A stretch of 64,000 nt of DNA from Candidatus Hydrogenedens sp. (GCA_016125095.1 WGMK01000007.1:265605-329604); one strand, 5' to 3'; counted from the stretch's first letter, positions 40,283 through 49,655 are shown. Notes: generated from the letters alone by a model not told the origin. A program made the numbers and translations.

Positions 40283-41890
40283 CTAGGGACGGTGGAGTTG
40301 CGTCCCCAGTTCTTCCAGGCGCCTGCGTGGTAATTCGACCGTGGCGCGGGCGCCGCGCTCGGGGCAGTTTTCAATGGAGATTCTGCCGCCGTGACTCTCA
40401 ACGATCTTCTTGCAGCAGGCCAGGCCGAGTCCCGTGCCGCGCGAGCCCTTGGTCGTGAAAAACGCATCGAAAATATGGGGAAGATGCTCGTCGCCGATAC
40501 CGGCCCCGGAATCGGTGACTTCGACGACCACCGACTCGGGATGACCCACCGCCAGAATCTCGACCGTTCCGCCGCCGGTTTCGCATGCATCGAGCGCATT
40601 GGCGACCAGATTCAAGACCACCCGGTGCAATTCACGGCCATCGCCATCGAGCCGCGTGCTGCCCTCGTATCGGAAGCGCACCTCGACTGCATGCTTGGCG
40701 GCCTGTTGCGCTACGGTCTCTACGACATCGCTGCAGATCGCCGCGATATCGCAGGCCTCGCGGTGCCCTGAGCCCCCGCGGGAGTAGGTGAGCATGTTCA
40801 ACACCAAGGTCTCGATGCGATCAATCGAACGCTGAAGGATGGGCCACCCGACCTGCAGCTGTTCCCACCGCTGGGATTGAACGCCCTGGCTGATTAAATC
40901 CGAACTGGCCCGGATTCCCGTGAGCATGTTCTTGATGCAATGCCCCAGTCCGGCCGTTGCCTCCCCGATGGCCGCGAGTCGCTCGGATTGCACGATCTGG
41001 TGGTGCAGGGTGGCATTCTCCACCGCAACACCCGCGATCCGGCCGATGGCGCTGAGCAGTTCGAGCGACTTTCCCTGGAACGGCCGCACCTGCCGGCCGG
41101 AATCGACGTAGATCACCCCGACGACGGACTCGCGTCCCAGCAGGGGGGCGCACATGGCGGAGTGGATTTCGTGGTCGGCAATGCTCGCCGAGGTGTCGAA
41201 GCGGCTGTCCTGTACGGCGTCAGCCACGAGAATCGCCTCGCGAGACCGCACCACCTTATCCACCAGCGTCTGGCTGATGGGGGGGCCGCTTTCGTCCGGC
41301 TGGCGGCTTAGCGAGGCCCGCAACTGCGCGGGCTCGCCCACGCTTTCGACGGTCAAGATAAAGCCGCGCTGCACGGGCAGGCTTTCGAAGACCAGTCCGA
41401 GCAGTTCCCGCAGCAATTCGTCCAAGTCGAAGATCTCGCCCAGCAACATCGATGCATGGAACAACGTCGCCAGGGGAGTGCCGACGGTATCTCGCAGGAG
41501 CGACTGTTGGAACATCTCGCTCTTGGCCATGCTCACGACAGACTGGGCGTAGGGTTCCGCACTGGCGGCGATCTCGAATTCCTGGTTACCGACGCGAAGC
41601 ACGTCTCCCGGATGCAGCTCGGCGAATGGTGTCGTCTTGCTGTTCACCATGATGCCGTTGCGGGAGCCGAGATCCTTAACCGACAAACGCCCATTTTCGA
41701 AATAGATCTGCGCGTGTTTCCGGCTCACGGACTGGTCCTGGGCGAGCGGAATACCGCACTCGTCCGCACGCCCGATGATCAGTCCGTTCTCCGGCACGGC
41801 GGTACGGCGCGGTTCCGCTCCGCTCCTCTTCCAGAGCAACTCGTAAGTGCTATCGCCAGCCATCCCTCTGCGCTCCAACGATTCAGCCAA
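40283..41890 (-). CDS. FHA-GAF-histidine kinase (start possibly 41863)
   Basis: FHA IIGR...VSRKHA...DLGSRNG, GAF SAMCAPL...GVIYVDS, H-box GHCIKN, NLVANA, DSGAGI and FFTTKGSRGTGLGL. Confidence 0.88.
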   Translation of the reverse strand: MAESLERRGMAGDSTYELLWKRSGAEPRRTAVPENGLIIGRADECGIPLAQDQSVSRKHAQIYFENGRLSVKDLGSRNGIMVNSKTTPFAELHPGDVLRVGNQEFEIAASAEPYAQSVVSMAKSEMFQQSLLRDTVGTPLATLFHASMLLGEIFDLDELLRELLGLVFESLPVQRGFILTVESVGEPAQLRASLSRQPDESGPPISQTLVDKVVRSREAILVADAVQDSRFDTSASIADHEIHSAMCAPLLGRESVVGVIYVDSGRQVRPFQGKSLELLSAIGRIAGVAVENATLHHQIVQSERLAAIGEATAGLGHCIKNMLTGIRASSDLISQGVQSQRWEQLQVGWPILQRSIDRIETLVLNMLTYSRGGSGHREACDIAAICSDVVETVAQQAAKHAVEVRFRYEGSTRLDGDGRELHRVVLNLVANALDACETGGGTVEILAVGHPESVVVEVTDSGAGIGDEHLPHIFDAFFTTKGSRGTGLGLACCKKIVESHGGRISIENCPERGARATVELPRRRLEELGTQLHRP

Positions 41891-42014
41891 GTTGCGAATT
41901 GCTGATCGTTATAGGGGGATCGATGGTCGATTTACAAGCAATCCCGAATTTCTTACTTTGGGGTTGTACCATTGGAGGTTCTTTTCGACGGCCGGGCGGG
42001 CGGAACGTAACTTC

Positions 42015-42043
42015 TTGAACGCCAGAAATACTGCTGCTATATT
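42015..42043 (+). promoter_or_regulatory. Sigma-70 promoter of mrfAB
   Basis: TTGAAC-N17-TATATT with an extended -10 TG, followed by AAGGAG RBS and GTG 42063. Confidence 0.6.
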
Positions 42044-42062
42044 CAGTGGTAAGGAGCGCCGC

Positions 42063-44357
42063 GTGAACGTAGCCCAAACCATCGACCGCCTCAAGGGCGA
42101 TGCGGATTTCTGCCGCAGCCTGACCGCGTGGAAAACCGTGCCGCCACGTCCCGCGCGCTTCGGCGGATTTCCGGAGGGCCTCGACCCGCGGCTCGTGGCG
42201 GGCTATCAGAAGCGCGGCATCTACGACCTGTACACGCACCAGAGCCAGGCGGTGCAGGAAGCGCTGGCCGGCAACAACGTCTGCGTGGTTACCCCGACGG
42301 CCTCGGGCAAAACGCTCTGCTACAACATCCCGGTGCTGCAGCGGATCCTCGAGAATCCCAAGGCGCGGGCGCTCTACATCTTTCCCACCAAGGCGCTTTC
42401 GCAGGATCAGGTCTTCGAGCTCAAGGGCACCATTGACGATCTGGAGGTGAAGATTGGCACCTTCACCTTCGATGGCGATACCCCGGCCTCGGCGCGCAAG
42501 GCGGTGCGGAGCGCCGGGCACGTGGTGGTGACGAATCCGGACATGCTGCACAGCGGCATCCTGCCGCACCACACCATCTGGATCCGCCTGTTCGAGAACC
42601 TCGAGTACGTGGTCATCGACGAGGTGCACCACTACCGCGGGGTGTTCGGCAGCCACCTGGCGAACGTGCTCCGGCGCCTCAAGCGCATCTGCGCGTTCTA
42701 CGGTTCGAATCCGCAGTTCATCTGCTGCAGCGCCACGATTGCGAATCCGAAGGAATTGGCGGAGCGGATCATCGAAGCACCGGTATCGCTGGTGGACGAC
42801 AACGGCGCCCCGGCGGGCGAGAAGCATTTCCTGTTCTACAACCCGCCCGTGGTAAATGCGGAACTCGGCATCCGGAAATCCTCGGTGCATGAGGCAAGCC
42901 GTATTGCGCAGCAGCTGCTGATGAAGGAAATCCAGTCCATCGTCTTTGCGCGCAGCCGCCTGCGGGTCGAGGTGCTGACGACCTACCTGAAAGAGGCCGT
43001 GCGCAAGATGGGCAAGCCCGACGCGCTGGTGCAGGGCTATCGCGGCGGCTATCTGCCCACCGAGCGGCGCGCCATCGAGCAGGGCCTGCGCGAGGGCAAG
43101 ATCATGACGGTGGTCAGCACCAATGCGCTGGAGCTCGGCATCGACATCGGCGCGCTGGACGTGTGCATCATGACCGGATACGCAGGCAGCGTGGCCAGCA
43201 CCTGGCAGCAGGCCGGGCGCGCGGGACGCCGCAACAACGTGAGCCTCGTGGTGCTGGTCGCCACGAGCGCGCCGCTGGATCAGTACATCATCCAGCACCC
43301 GGAATACTTCTTCGAGCAGTCGCCGGAGAGCGGCACCATCGATCCGGACAACCTGATCATCCTGACGAGCCACCTGAAGTGCGCAAGCTTCGAACTGCCG
43401 TTCATCGAGGGCGAGGGCTTCGGCATCGACGCCCATTCAACCGAGCAGGTGCTGGATTACCTGGCCGAAAACCGCGTGCTGAGGAAGGTGCGCGACAAGT
43501 GGCACTGGAGTGCCGACACCTATCCCGCCGAGGACGTGAGCCTGCGGACCGCCGCGCCGGGGAATGTGGTGATTCTCGACACCAGCGACGACGGGCGCGT
43601 GATCGGCGAGGTCGATTATTTCGCGGCACATGTCGAGGTCTATGAAAACGCCATCTACATGCACCAGAGCCGGCAATACACCATCGACAAGCTGGACCTG
43701 AAAGATCGTAAGGCCTACGCGCGTCCGGTGGAGACGGACTACTACACCGACGCCGAACTGAAGGTGGACCTGCGGATTATCGATGCGCTGGAGGACATGG
43801 AGATCGGGCAGGCGCGGAAATGCTGCGGGGAACTCAGCGTCACCTGGCTCGCGACCATCTACAAGAAGATCAAGTTCGGTACGCACGAGAACGTAGGCTG
43901 GGGCGAAATCCATCTACCTGAGCAGAACATGCACACGATGGGCTATTGGATTGAATACCCCGACGAGGCGGAATCCCTGTTCGAGATGGAGCGCGAGGAA
44001 CTGGGCGAAGCGCTCAACGGCCTGGCCAACACGCTCCGGCAGGTGGCCCCCGTGCGCGTGATGTGCGACCTCACCGATATCCGCGCGACGGCCATGCTAC
44101 GCTCGCCCGTGTCGGAGCGTCCCTCGGTCTTCCTATACGAAACCTATCCCGGCGGCGTGGGGCTGAGCGAAAAGTTGTACGCGCACCATCAGGTGCTGCT
44201 CGAGTCCGCCATCAGCCTGATTACCGATTGCGGCTGCCGCGAGGGCTGCCCGAGCTGCGTGGGCACACCGCTAGAGACCGGACCGATGGGCAAGCAGGGG
44301 GCCGTGGCGCTGGCCCGCTTCGCGCTGGGACAGCCGCTGGCCGCGGCGGCGGAGTAG
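42063..44357 (+). CDS. mrfA: DEAH-box helicase with DUF1998 Zn-binding C-terminus (MrfA/YprA/Hrq1 family)
   Basis: LYTHQ, TPTASGKTLCY, PTKALSQDQ, TNPDMLH, DEVHHYRGVFGSH, SAT, TNALELGIDIG, QQAGRAGRR, YPGGVG and CGCREGCPSC. Confidence 0.9.
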   Translation: MNVAQTIDRLKGDADFCRSLTAWKTVPPRPARFGGFPEGLDPRLVAGYQKRGIYDLYTHQSQAVQEALAGNNVCVVTPTASGKTLCYNIPVLQRILENPKARALYIFPTKALSQDQVFELKGTIDDLEVKIGTFTFDGDTPASARKAVRSAGHVVVTNPDMLHSGILPHHTIWIRLFENLEYVVIDEVHHYRGVFGSHLANVLRRLKRICAFYGSNPQFICCSATIANPKELAERIIEAPVSLVDDNGAPAGEKHFLFYNPPVVNAELGIRKSSVHEASRIAQQLLMKEIQSIVFARSRLRVEVLTTYLKEAVRKMGKPDALVQGYRGGYLPTERRAIEQGLREGKIMTVVSTNALELGIDIGALDVCIMTGYAGSVASTWQQAGRAGRRNNVSLVVLVATSAPLDQYIIQHPEYFFEQSPESGTIDPDNLIILTSHLKCASFELPFIEGEGFGIDAHSTEQVLDYLAENRVLRKVRDKWHWSADTYPAEDVSLRTAAPGNVVILDTSDDGRVIGEVDYFAAHVEVYENAIYMHQSRQYTIDKLDLKDRKAYARPVETDYYTDAELKVDLRIIDALEDMEIGQARKCCGELSVTWLATIYKKIKFGTHENVGWGEIHLPEQNMHTMGYWIEYPDEAESLFEMEREELGEALNGLANTLRQVAPVRVMCDLTDIRATAMLRSPVSERPSVFLYETYPGGVGLSEKLYAHHQVLLESAISLITDCGCREGCPSCVGTPLETGPMGKQGAVALARFALGQPLAAAAE

Positions 44358-44364
44358 TCCCCCG

Positions 44365-45663
44365 ATGGACGACGTGCGCGCCAAGCTGGACGCCCTGCTG
44401 AAAAGCCGGAACCTGATGACCGGCCGGCAATACGAGGAACAGCACCGCGAGGAATCCGAGCAGCGGCAATCGGGCGCTTTTGATCTGCCGCAGGTGGTGC
44501 CGGGCGAAGACGTGGGGGAGGACCCCGCGTTCTATCTGGTCCGCACCGAGTATCCGCTCGACCACCTGCACGGCCAGCTGCCGCTGGGATCGGCGCTGAC
44601 CGCCTCGGGCGAGCACATCGCTTTTTCCGCGCAGGACGAAGAGCTGATTGACTTCGACCCGGCGCGCACGGCCTTCGTCGATACCGAGACCATCGGCCTC
44701 GCGGGCGGCGCCGGCACGGTCGCCTTTCTGGTGGGCGTGGGTTATTTCACGGAGCATGCCTTCCGCCTCGACCAGTGTTTCATGCGCGACTACGACGAGG
44801 AGGAGCCGATGCTGGCGTTTCTCGCCGAGCGCTTTGAGGGCATGGAAACCGTCGTGGGCTACAACAGCAAAAGCTTCGACCTGCCGCTGCTGCGCACGCG
44901 CTTCATCCAGAACCGCATACCCTTCCGCGCCGAGGCCTGCGCGCACTACGATCTGGTGCATGCCGCGCGCCGGTTCTACAAGCGGCGGCTGGCCGATTGC
45001 AGCCTGGGCAACATCGAGCGCGAAGTGCTCGGCATCCGCCGCGAGGGCGACGTGCCCAGCTATCTGATACCGCAACTCTGGTTCGACTACCTCCGCACGC
45101 GCGACGCCCGCCCGCTCAAGGGCGTGTTCTACCACCACCAGACCGACATCCTCTCGCTGGTCACGCTTACGGCGTGGTTGTCGGAATGCCTGCAGCGCGG
45201 CGGCACCGAGGGCTTCGAGCATGCTGAGGACAAGTTGTCCCTCGTGCGCATCCACTTCCGGCAGAAGAACTACGAAGCGGTCGCCGACCTGGGTAAGCGC
45301 TTTCTCGAGGCGGACGGCGCCGACCAGGACACCGAGCCCGAGCGCTCGCTGCGGCTGGAATGCCTTGAGATGCTCGGCTTCGCCTACAAACGGCTCTCTC
45401 GGTTCGAGGACATGCGGGATTCGTGGGCCTGGCTGCTGGCCGAATCGCCCGCGCATCTCTCGGCCCGGCTCGAACTCTCCAAGCACTACGAACACCGCGA
45501 GCGCGACTACGGCCGCGCCCTCGCCCTATGCGACGAAGCCCTGGAGAATCCCAACCGTTTCGGCGCCGCGGTCGCCTCTGGAGAACTCCGCGCCCGCCGC
45601 GATCGCATCGCCAATAAAATGAACCGCGGCATGAAGGGGCACGCGGCCGACCTGCTGGAATAG
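44365..45663 (+). CDS. mrfB: MrfB/YprB-like RNase_H_2 (DEDD) exonuclease with C-terminal TPR-like helices
   Basis: FVDTETIGLAGGAGTVAFLVG, YNSKSFDLPLL, HYDLVH.ARR, CSLGNIE..LG..R.GDVP, HHQTDILSL and ELSKHYEHRERD. Directly follows mrfA. Confidence 0.87.
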   Translation: MDDVRAKLDALLKSRNLMTGRQYEEQHREESEQRQSGAFDLPQVVPGEDVGEDPAFYLVRTEYPLDHLHGQLPLGSALTASGEHIAFSAQDEELIDFDPARTAFVDTETIGLAGGAGTVAFLVGVGYFTEHAFRLDQCFMRDYDEEEPMLAFLAERFEGMETVVGYNSKSFDLPLLRTRFIQNRIPFRAEACAHYDLVHAARRFYKRRLADCSLGNIEREVLGIRREGDVPSYLIPQLWFDYLRTRDARPLKGVFYHHQTDILSLVTLTAWLSECLQRGGTEGFEHAEDKLSLVRIHFRQKNYEAVADLGKRFLEADGADQDTEPERSLRLECLEMLGFAYKRLSRFEDMRDSWAWLLAESPAHLSARLELSKHYEHRERDYGRALALCDEALENPNRFGAAVASGELRARRDRIANKMNRGMKGHAADLLE

Positions 45664-45710
45664 CCGGGGAGGGGGGAAGACGCACCGCAGTGGCGCGGAG
45701 GGCACGGAGA
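45598..45710 (+). repeat. 113-bp direct repeat, copy 1 (mrfB 3' end + stop + periodic arm)
   Basis: Ungapped match to 46882-46994 with 9 mismatches counted by eye. Confidence 0.93.
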
Positions 45711-45727
45711 AGGCCTCAGGCAAGTGA

Positions 45728-45768
45728 TTGATCTTCAACGAGACCTAGTGCATACTTCGACTATGCAC
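45728..45768 (+). promoter_or_regulatory. TA promoter with palindromic autoregulatory operator
   Basis: TTGATC-N17-CATACT, with inverted repeat GTGCATA-N7-TATGCAC (45748-45768) over the -10. Confidence 0.65.
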
Positions 45769-45785
45769 CAATTCGGAGTATCAGA

Positions 45786-46031
45786 ATGAAAGCGACTATT
45801 CTCGACATGCGCCGAAATCCGCAAAAAATCTTAGACGCAATCGCACGAAACGAGATCGTGACGCTTTCTTATCGCGGCAAAGAAATCGCTCGAATCGCGC
45901 CCATCGAGTCGGAGAAGCGCTGTAGCGCGTCTGAGCATCCCGCGTTCGGCATGTGGGCCGACCGCGAAGATATGGCTAATCCAACCGAGTACGTGAAGCA
46001 GTTACGAAGAGAACGCTATCGTGATCTTTGA
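45786..46031 (+). CDS. Phd/YefM-type antitoxin
   Basis: MKATILDMRRNPQKILDAIARNEIVTLSYRGKEIARIAP and C-terminal PAFGMWADR. Overlaps the toxin start. Confidence 0.85.
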   Translation: MKATILDMRRNPQKILDAIARNEIVTLSYRGKEIARIAPIESEKRCSASEHPAFGMWADREDMANPTEYVKQLRRERYRDL

Positions 46032-46401
46032 CACGGATGTCGTCATCTTCGCTTTGCGGGGCAATAGACGCGCCGCCGAATTGATCGACCGCGATGAACT
46101 GCCCGTCATATCGGTCGTAAGCTACTTGGAACTGGCACGTGGAGCACGTGATAAAGCCGAGCTTCGAGACGTTGGAAGATTCCTGAAGCATGTCGGGCTT
46201 CACACCTTGCCCCTCTCAGAGAACATAGGATTTCAAGCCCGTATCTACATTGAGGAATACGGATTGAAGAGCGGGCTGGGAGTCGCCGATTCCCTCATCG
46301 CTGCGACAGCGGCAGACGCTCAATTGACGCTTTGCTCGGGAAATGCCAAACACTTTCGCACCATCTCCGATCTCGATTTACGCGTGTTCCGAGGCGCGTG
46401 A
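46021..46401 (+). CDS. vapC: VapC/PIN domain toxin
   Basis: MIFDTDVVI, ISVVSYLEL, ADSLIAATA, SGNAKHF. Confidence 0.9.
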   Translation: MIFDTDVVIFALRGNRRAAELIDRDELPVISVVSYLELARGARDKAELRDVGRFLKHVGLHTLPLSENIGFQARIYIEEYGLKSGLGVADSLIAATAADAQLTLCSGNAKHFRTISDLDLRVFRGA

Positions 46402-46446
46402 CATCGATGTCTCGACCAACTCCGTAGCGTCGGCATACGCATGGGG

Positions 46447-46881
46447 TCACCCGGGGTGACGCGGCTCGAAGCCGAAGTCCCGCGCGCGTTCTCGCAACGC
46501 CGCCGTCGAGTCCACATTTTTCACGGGAAAGAATCTCCTCAGCGCCCATTCGATATACGGGCTTACCGATTCGTCCGTACCATCGTCGTCGATAATCCAA
46601 TACTGTAAGAAGGGATCCAAGGATTCGATCTGCTCCGGTGTTGCCTTGGATAGCGCGCGTTCGTCGAGATGGAGATGGTCCCAATATCCCAATCCGTCCA
46701 CGTAATCGACGATAAGTTCCAGATAACCAGGCTCCCAGGTTGCCGGATTAGCCGCACCGATGCTGGAAATCACCCCGACCATCGGATGCCAAACGTCTGA
46801 AAACCGGTTGTACGGGAATGCGTCAATCTGAACGACTTCCTGCGGCGCGAAGCGTTGCTCGTATTGATAGTCCGCTTCCGG
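46447..46881 (-). pseudogene. Probable 5'-truncated fragment of an unknown acidic protein
   Basis: The open frame runs straight into the antisense of the duplicated mrfB end at 46882. GC is lower than in the flanks. An internal Met start cannot be excluded. Confidence 0.45.
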
Positions 46882-46994
46882 CGCGATTGCATCGCCAACA
46901 AAATGAACTGCGGCATGAAGGGGCACGCGGCCGACCTGCTGGAATAGCGGGGGAGTGGGGAAAACGCACCACAGAGGCACGGAGGGCACGGAGA
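46882..46994 (+). repeat. 113-bp direct repeat, copy 2 (non-coding copy of mrfB 3' end + periodic arm)
   Basis: CGCGATTGCATCGCCAACAAAATGAACTGCGGCATGAAGGGGCACGCGGCCGACCTGCTGGAATAG...CACCACAGAGGCACGGAGGGCACGGAGA. Confidence 0.93.
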
Positions 46995-47130
46995 GGAGGA
47001 ATGCGAGGAAGGGCCCACAAGAGCCTGCAAGGGATTTACGGGGCTAGCGCCAACGGCGCGGACGAAGCCATGGTCAGGGCGTAAGCCCGTCGGCAACGCT
47101 GCAAATTCACGGTTCAGGAACTTCAGAGTC

Positions 47131-47303
47131 AAAGGCCCGTCCAATACCAGCCTGGGCCAACGGCCCAGGTATAAGGCATTCCCAAAGAATGAGGGCTGAT
47201 GGCCTGATCTATGAAATGGCGCGCGCCTTCAGCGCTTCGACCTTCTGTTGCGCCATGAACCTGGGCCGATGGCCCAGGCTGGTATAGATGTGACCGTTGG
47301 CCC
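47131..47303. repeat. REP-doublet / REPIN-like inverted repeat element
   Basis: ATACCAGCCTGGGCCAACGGCCCAGGT (47144-47170) and its inverse at 47259-47285 (1 mismatch in 27). Each copy is itself a CCTGGGCC/GGCCCAGG hairpin. Confidence 0.8.
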
Positions 47304-47410
47304 CCAGGAAAGCATTTCGAGGCCGAGATGCTGCCAACGTGCAAGGGGGTAATCCTTCAAACCTCGCGTCAAATCGCGGGACTCGCTTGGGTGCCGCACA
47401 TCCCCGGTTG

Positions 47411-48352
47411 TCAATTTATGATTTCCACGAGTCTCCGCCAATACTCCCACAGCCACGTTGTGGATACCAGATCAGGCGCGTCGGTTTGCGCTTCCGTTAT
47501 CGTGCATACCCATGCTGCGGTCTCAGGAGCGGCAGAGAAGGAGGCACGTGTCACGCTCGGAATTCCCAGCTTGCTCACCTCCAGCCCTTCGTACGCGTAT
47601 TCGGTATTGTAGGCCATCATGCGGTTCTCGACATGTTGGTCCCAATCGAAGCGCCAAGAGGCGAACGAACTACTCAGTATCTTTTCCGCCACTTCATCAT
47701 AAAATACATACTCTGAAATCATGAGGAAATTCGCATCGGGTATTCGGGGAACGGGCGGACTGGCCGCATCGGCGTCCGGATACTTCAGGTCGAGGAGTGG
47801 ATTCGCGACGGCGGCCCGCACACAGGGCGACGACGAATCGCAATCCACAAAGCGCGTGTAATAGCGCATGGCCCGGGGCGAAATACGGTAGAATCCGGAG
47901 CACGGAAAAAGTACCGCCTCGATTATTGGAAGCGGCCACGCGATACGGCGGAAATCCCGTCCCTCCGGCGTGTCGGAGAATTTAGCATCATCCGTCCACC
48001 GCTGCTTGCCGCAGACGATAGAATGACCGTTCCGGTGAATGGGCTCCTGCCAGACCCCGTCCCGTCCCCACCGCAGACGCCACGCGTCGTCCCGCCACGA
48101 AAACTCAACGTCGAACGGCCCGCCTTTCGGGGCGCAATCCTCCGGCAATAGGGCCACAGGAAAATCTTTCGACAGATCAATCCGGGCCTCGATGCGCCCC
48201 ACGGCGGCCGATTGCTCGACCCGATAGCGGGCTTCCATCAGTTGCACGGGGTCCGCAAAGACGCTGTACGTCAAGACCATTGCGGCGGCGGCGATACAAG
48301 TAACTTTCGGTATTGTCCGGCTCATACCGAATCTACCTTCCATCAGCGGCAA
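47411..48352 (-). CDS. Hypothetical secreted protein (start probably MSRTIPK at about 48325)
   Basis: 313-aa ORF with a signal-peptide-like segment and no recognised motif. Follows the DUF2961 gene. Confidence 0.55.
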   Translation of the reverse strand: MPLMEGRFGMSRTIPKVTCIAAAAMVLTYSVFADPVQLMEARYRVEQSAAVGRIEARIDLSKDFPVALLPEDCAPKGGPFDVEFSWRDDAWRLRWGRDGVWQEPIHRNGHSIVCGKQRWTDDAKFSDTPEGRDFRRIAWPLPIIEAVLFPCSGFYRISPRAMRYYTRFVDCDSSSPCVRAAVANPLLDLKYPDADAASPPVPRIPDANFLMISEYVFYDEVAEKILSSSFASWRFDWDQHVENRMMAYNTEYAYEGLEVSKLGIPSVTRASFSAAPETAAWVCTITEAQTDAPDLVSTTWLWEYWRRLVEIIN

Positions 48353-48357
48353 ATATT

Positions 48358-49551
48358 CTACCGTCCCCCGATACCTTCCGTGCGTACCGCCACGGGTTGA
48401 ATCGCGGGCAATGCGTTCGAGGGCTGGTCGAGGTAGAAGAGCGCGACCGCGCTGACGTCGTCGCGGCGGTACATGTTGGTCCAGCCGTCGGGCACGCTAG
48501 GATCGTTTACTTTCAGGCCCTGCTCCAGCAGCGGCACGAAGGCCCCCGGACGCTGCACGCTGACCGGTTCTACTTCGACACCTTCGTCCACCAGCCGCTC
48601 CACGGTCTTCTTGTCTGCGCCGCCCATCTGCTGAATCGTCACGCGCGCTTCCTGGTGAAAATACACGGGGTCCGGCACATGGTGGCGGTAGAAGGTCCAG
48701 CGGCGTTTCTGGTTCTCGATGATCAGCGAGCCCTGGTAGCGGTTCGCGAATTCGCCCTGGCCGTAGGCCGTGCCCACGTAGTCCTCCGTGCCCGTGCCGA
48801 TAATCGTCGGCCAAGCCGTATCGCCGTCCAGGTACATCTTCACTTCGCCCTCGCCCCACCAGCCGACGTTATCCGCCGCGCCCAAGATGCCGATATGCGC
48901 CCCCAGGAATCGGCCGCCGCCGGTCACCTGCGGCAATATCTCGAAGTCCTTGCCCAGCGCCGTGCGCGGGTCGCGGTGCCAAAACGCGTGGAAATACAAC
49001 ACGTTGTCCGGGTGCTCCTCGCCGACGGTAAGATTGATGTCGTAAAACAACTGGTCCAGCGGCTCGGCGGCATCGTTGGTAAAGGTGATCTTCGCGTGCG
49101 TACGGAAGGGCATGGGCACCACGCAATTGAAGGAACGCCCCTCAGGACTCGAGAACAGCTCGCTTTCGAAGGGTTTCATTTCGCCCAGAATATGCCCGAA
49201 GAAATCCGGAAACGGCGCCTCGACGGCGGGCTTTTCCGCGCCGTCCCAATACATGCGGATGACATACGACCGCAGGGCCTGTGCGCTGCGGTTCGACAAC
49301 GTGAACCACATCCGCCGCACCACGCCGCTGCCGTCCATGTCCAGCAGCACCTTCTCCTCGCCCGGCGCGACCGAACCGAAGGCCGCGCCCTTCGCGCCCT
49401 TGTTGGTCTGTCCCCCGGCGCCCGGGGCGCCCGTCGGGTTCTCAAAACTTACCCAGCGCGATTCCACGCCCGCAGGCAAGGTGTACAGTTCCTCGGCCGC
49501 AGCAACCGTTGCCGCCACGCAAAAAACGAAAGTAGCAATGAGGAATTTCAC
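48358..49551 (-). CDS. DUF2961 / GH172-family secreted glycosidase
   Basis: SFENPTGAPGAGG, GSGVVRRMW, RMYWDGAEKPAVEAPFPDFF, PMPF, WWGEGEVKMYLDGD..PTIIGTGTEDY and YRHHVPDPVYF. GTG start after AGGGAGG. Confidence 0.88.
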   Translation of the reverse strand: MKFLIATFVFCVAATVAAAEELYTLPAGVESRWVSFENPTGAPGAGGQTNKGAKGAAFGSVAPGEEKVLLDMDGSGVVRRMWFTLSNRSAQALRSYVIRMYWDGAEKPAVEAPFPDFFGHILGEMKPFESELFSSPEGRSFNCVVPMPFRTHAKITFTNDAAEPLDQLFYDINLTVGEEHPDNVLYFHAFWHRDPRTALGKDFEILPQVTGGGRFLGAHIGILGAADNVGWWGEGEVKMYLDGDTAWPTIIGTGTEDYVGTAYGQGEFANRYQGSLIIENQKRRWTFYRHHVPDPVYFHQEARVTIQQMGGADKKTVERLVDEGVEVEPVSVQRPGAFVPLLEQGLKVNDPSVPDGWTNMYRRDDVSAVALFYLDQPSNALPAIQPVAVRTEGIGGR

Positions 49552-49655
49552 GAGTTGGCCCTCCCTAAGGTAACTTCGAGCGAGTATGCGGCGAGTTCCC
49601 TTCCCGATGCCAGCCAGATTTTTTCTTCGTTCCCATCTTCTCCTTCCTTCCCCCT

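Noticed and set aside
42063-45663. DUF1998 helicase as part of a DISARM or Druantia-like defence system
   Set aside because: It is full-length MrfA-type, paired with the MrfB exonuclease, with no methylase, PLD or DrmA partner nearby.
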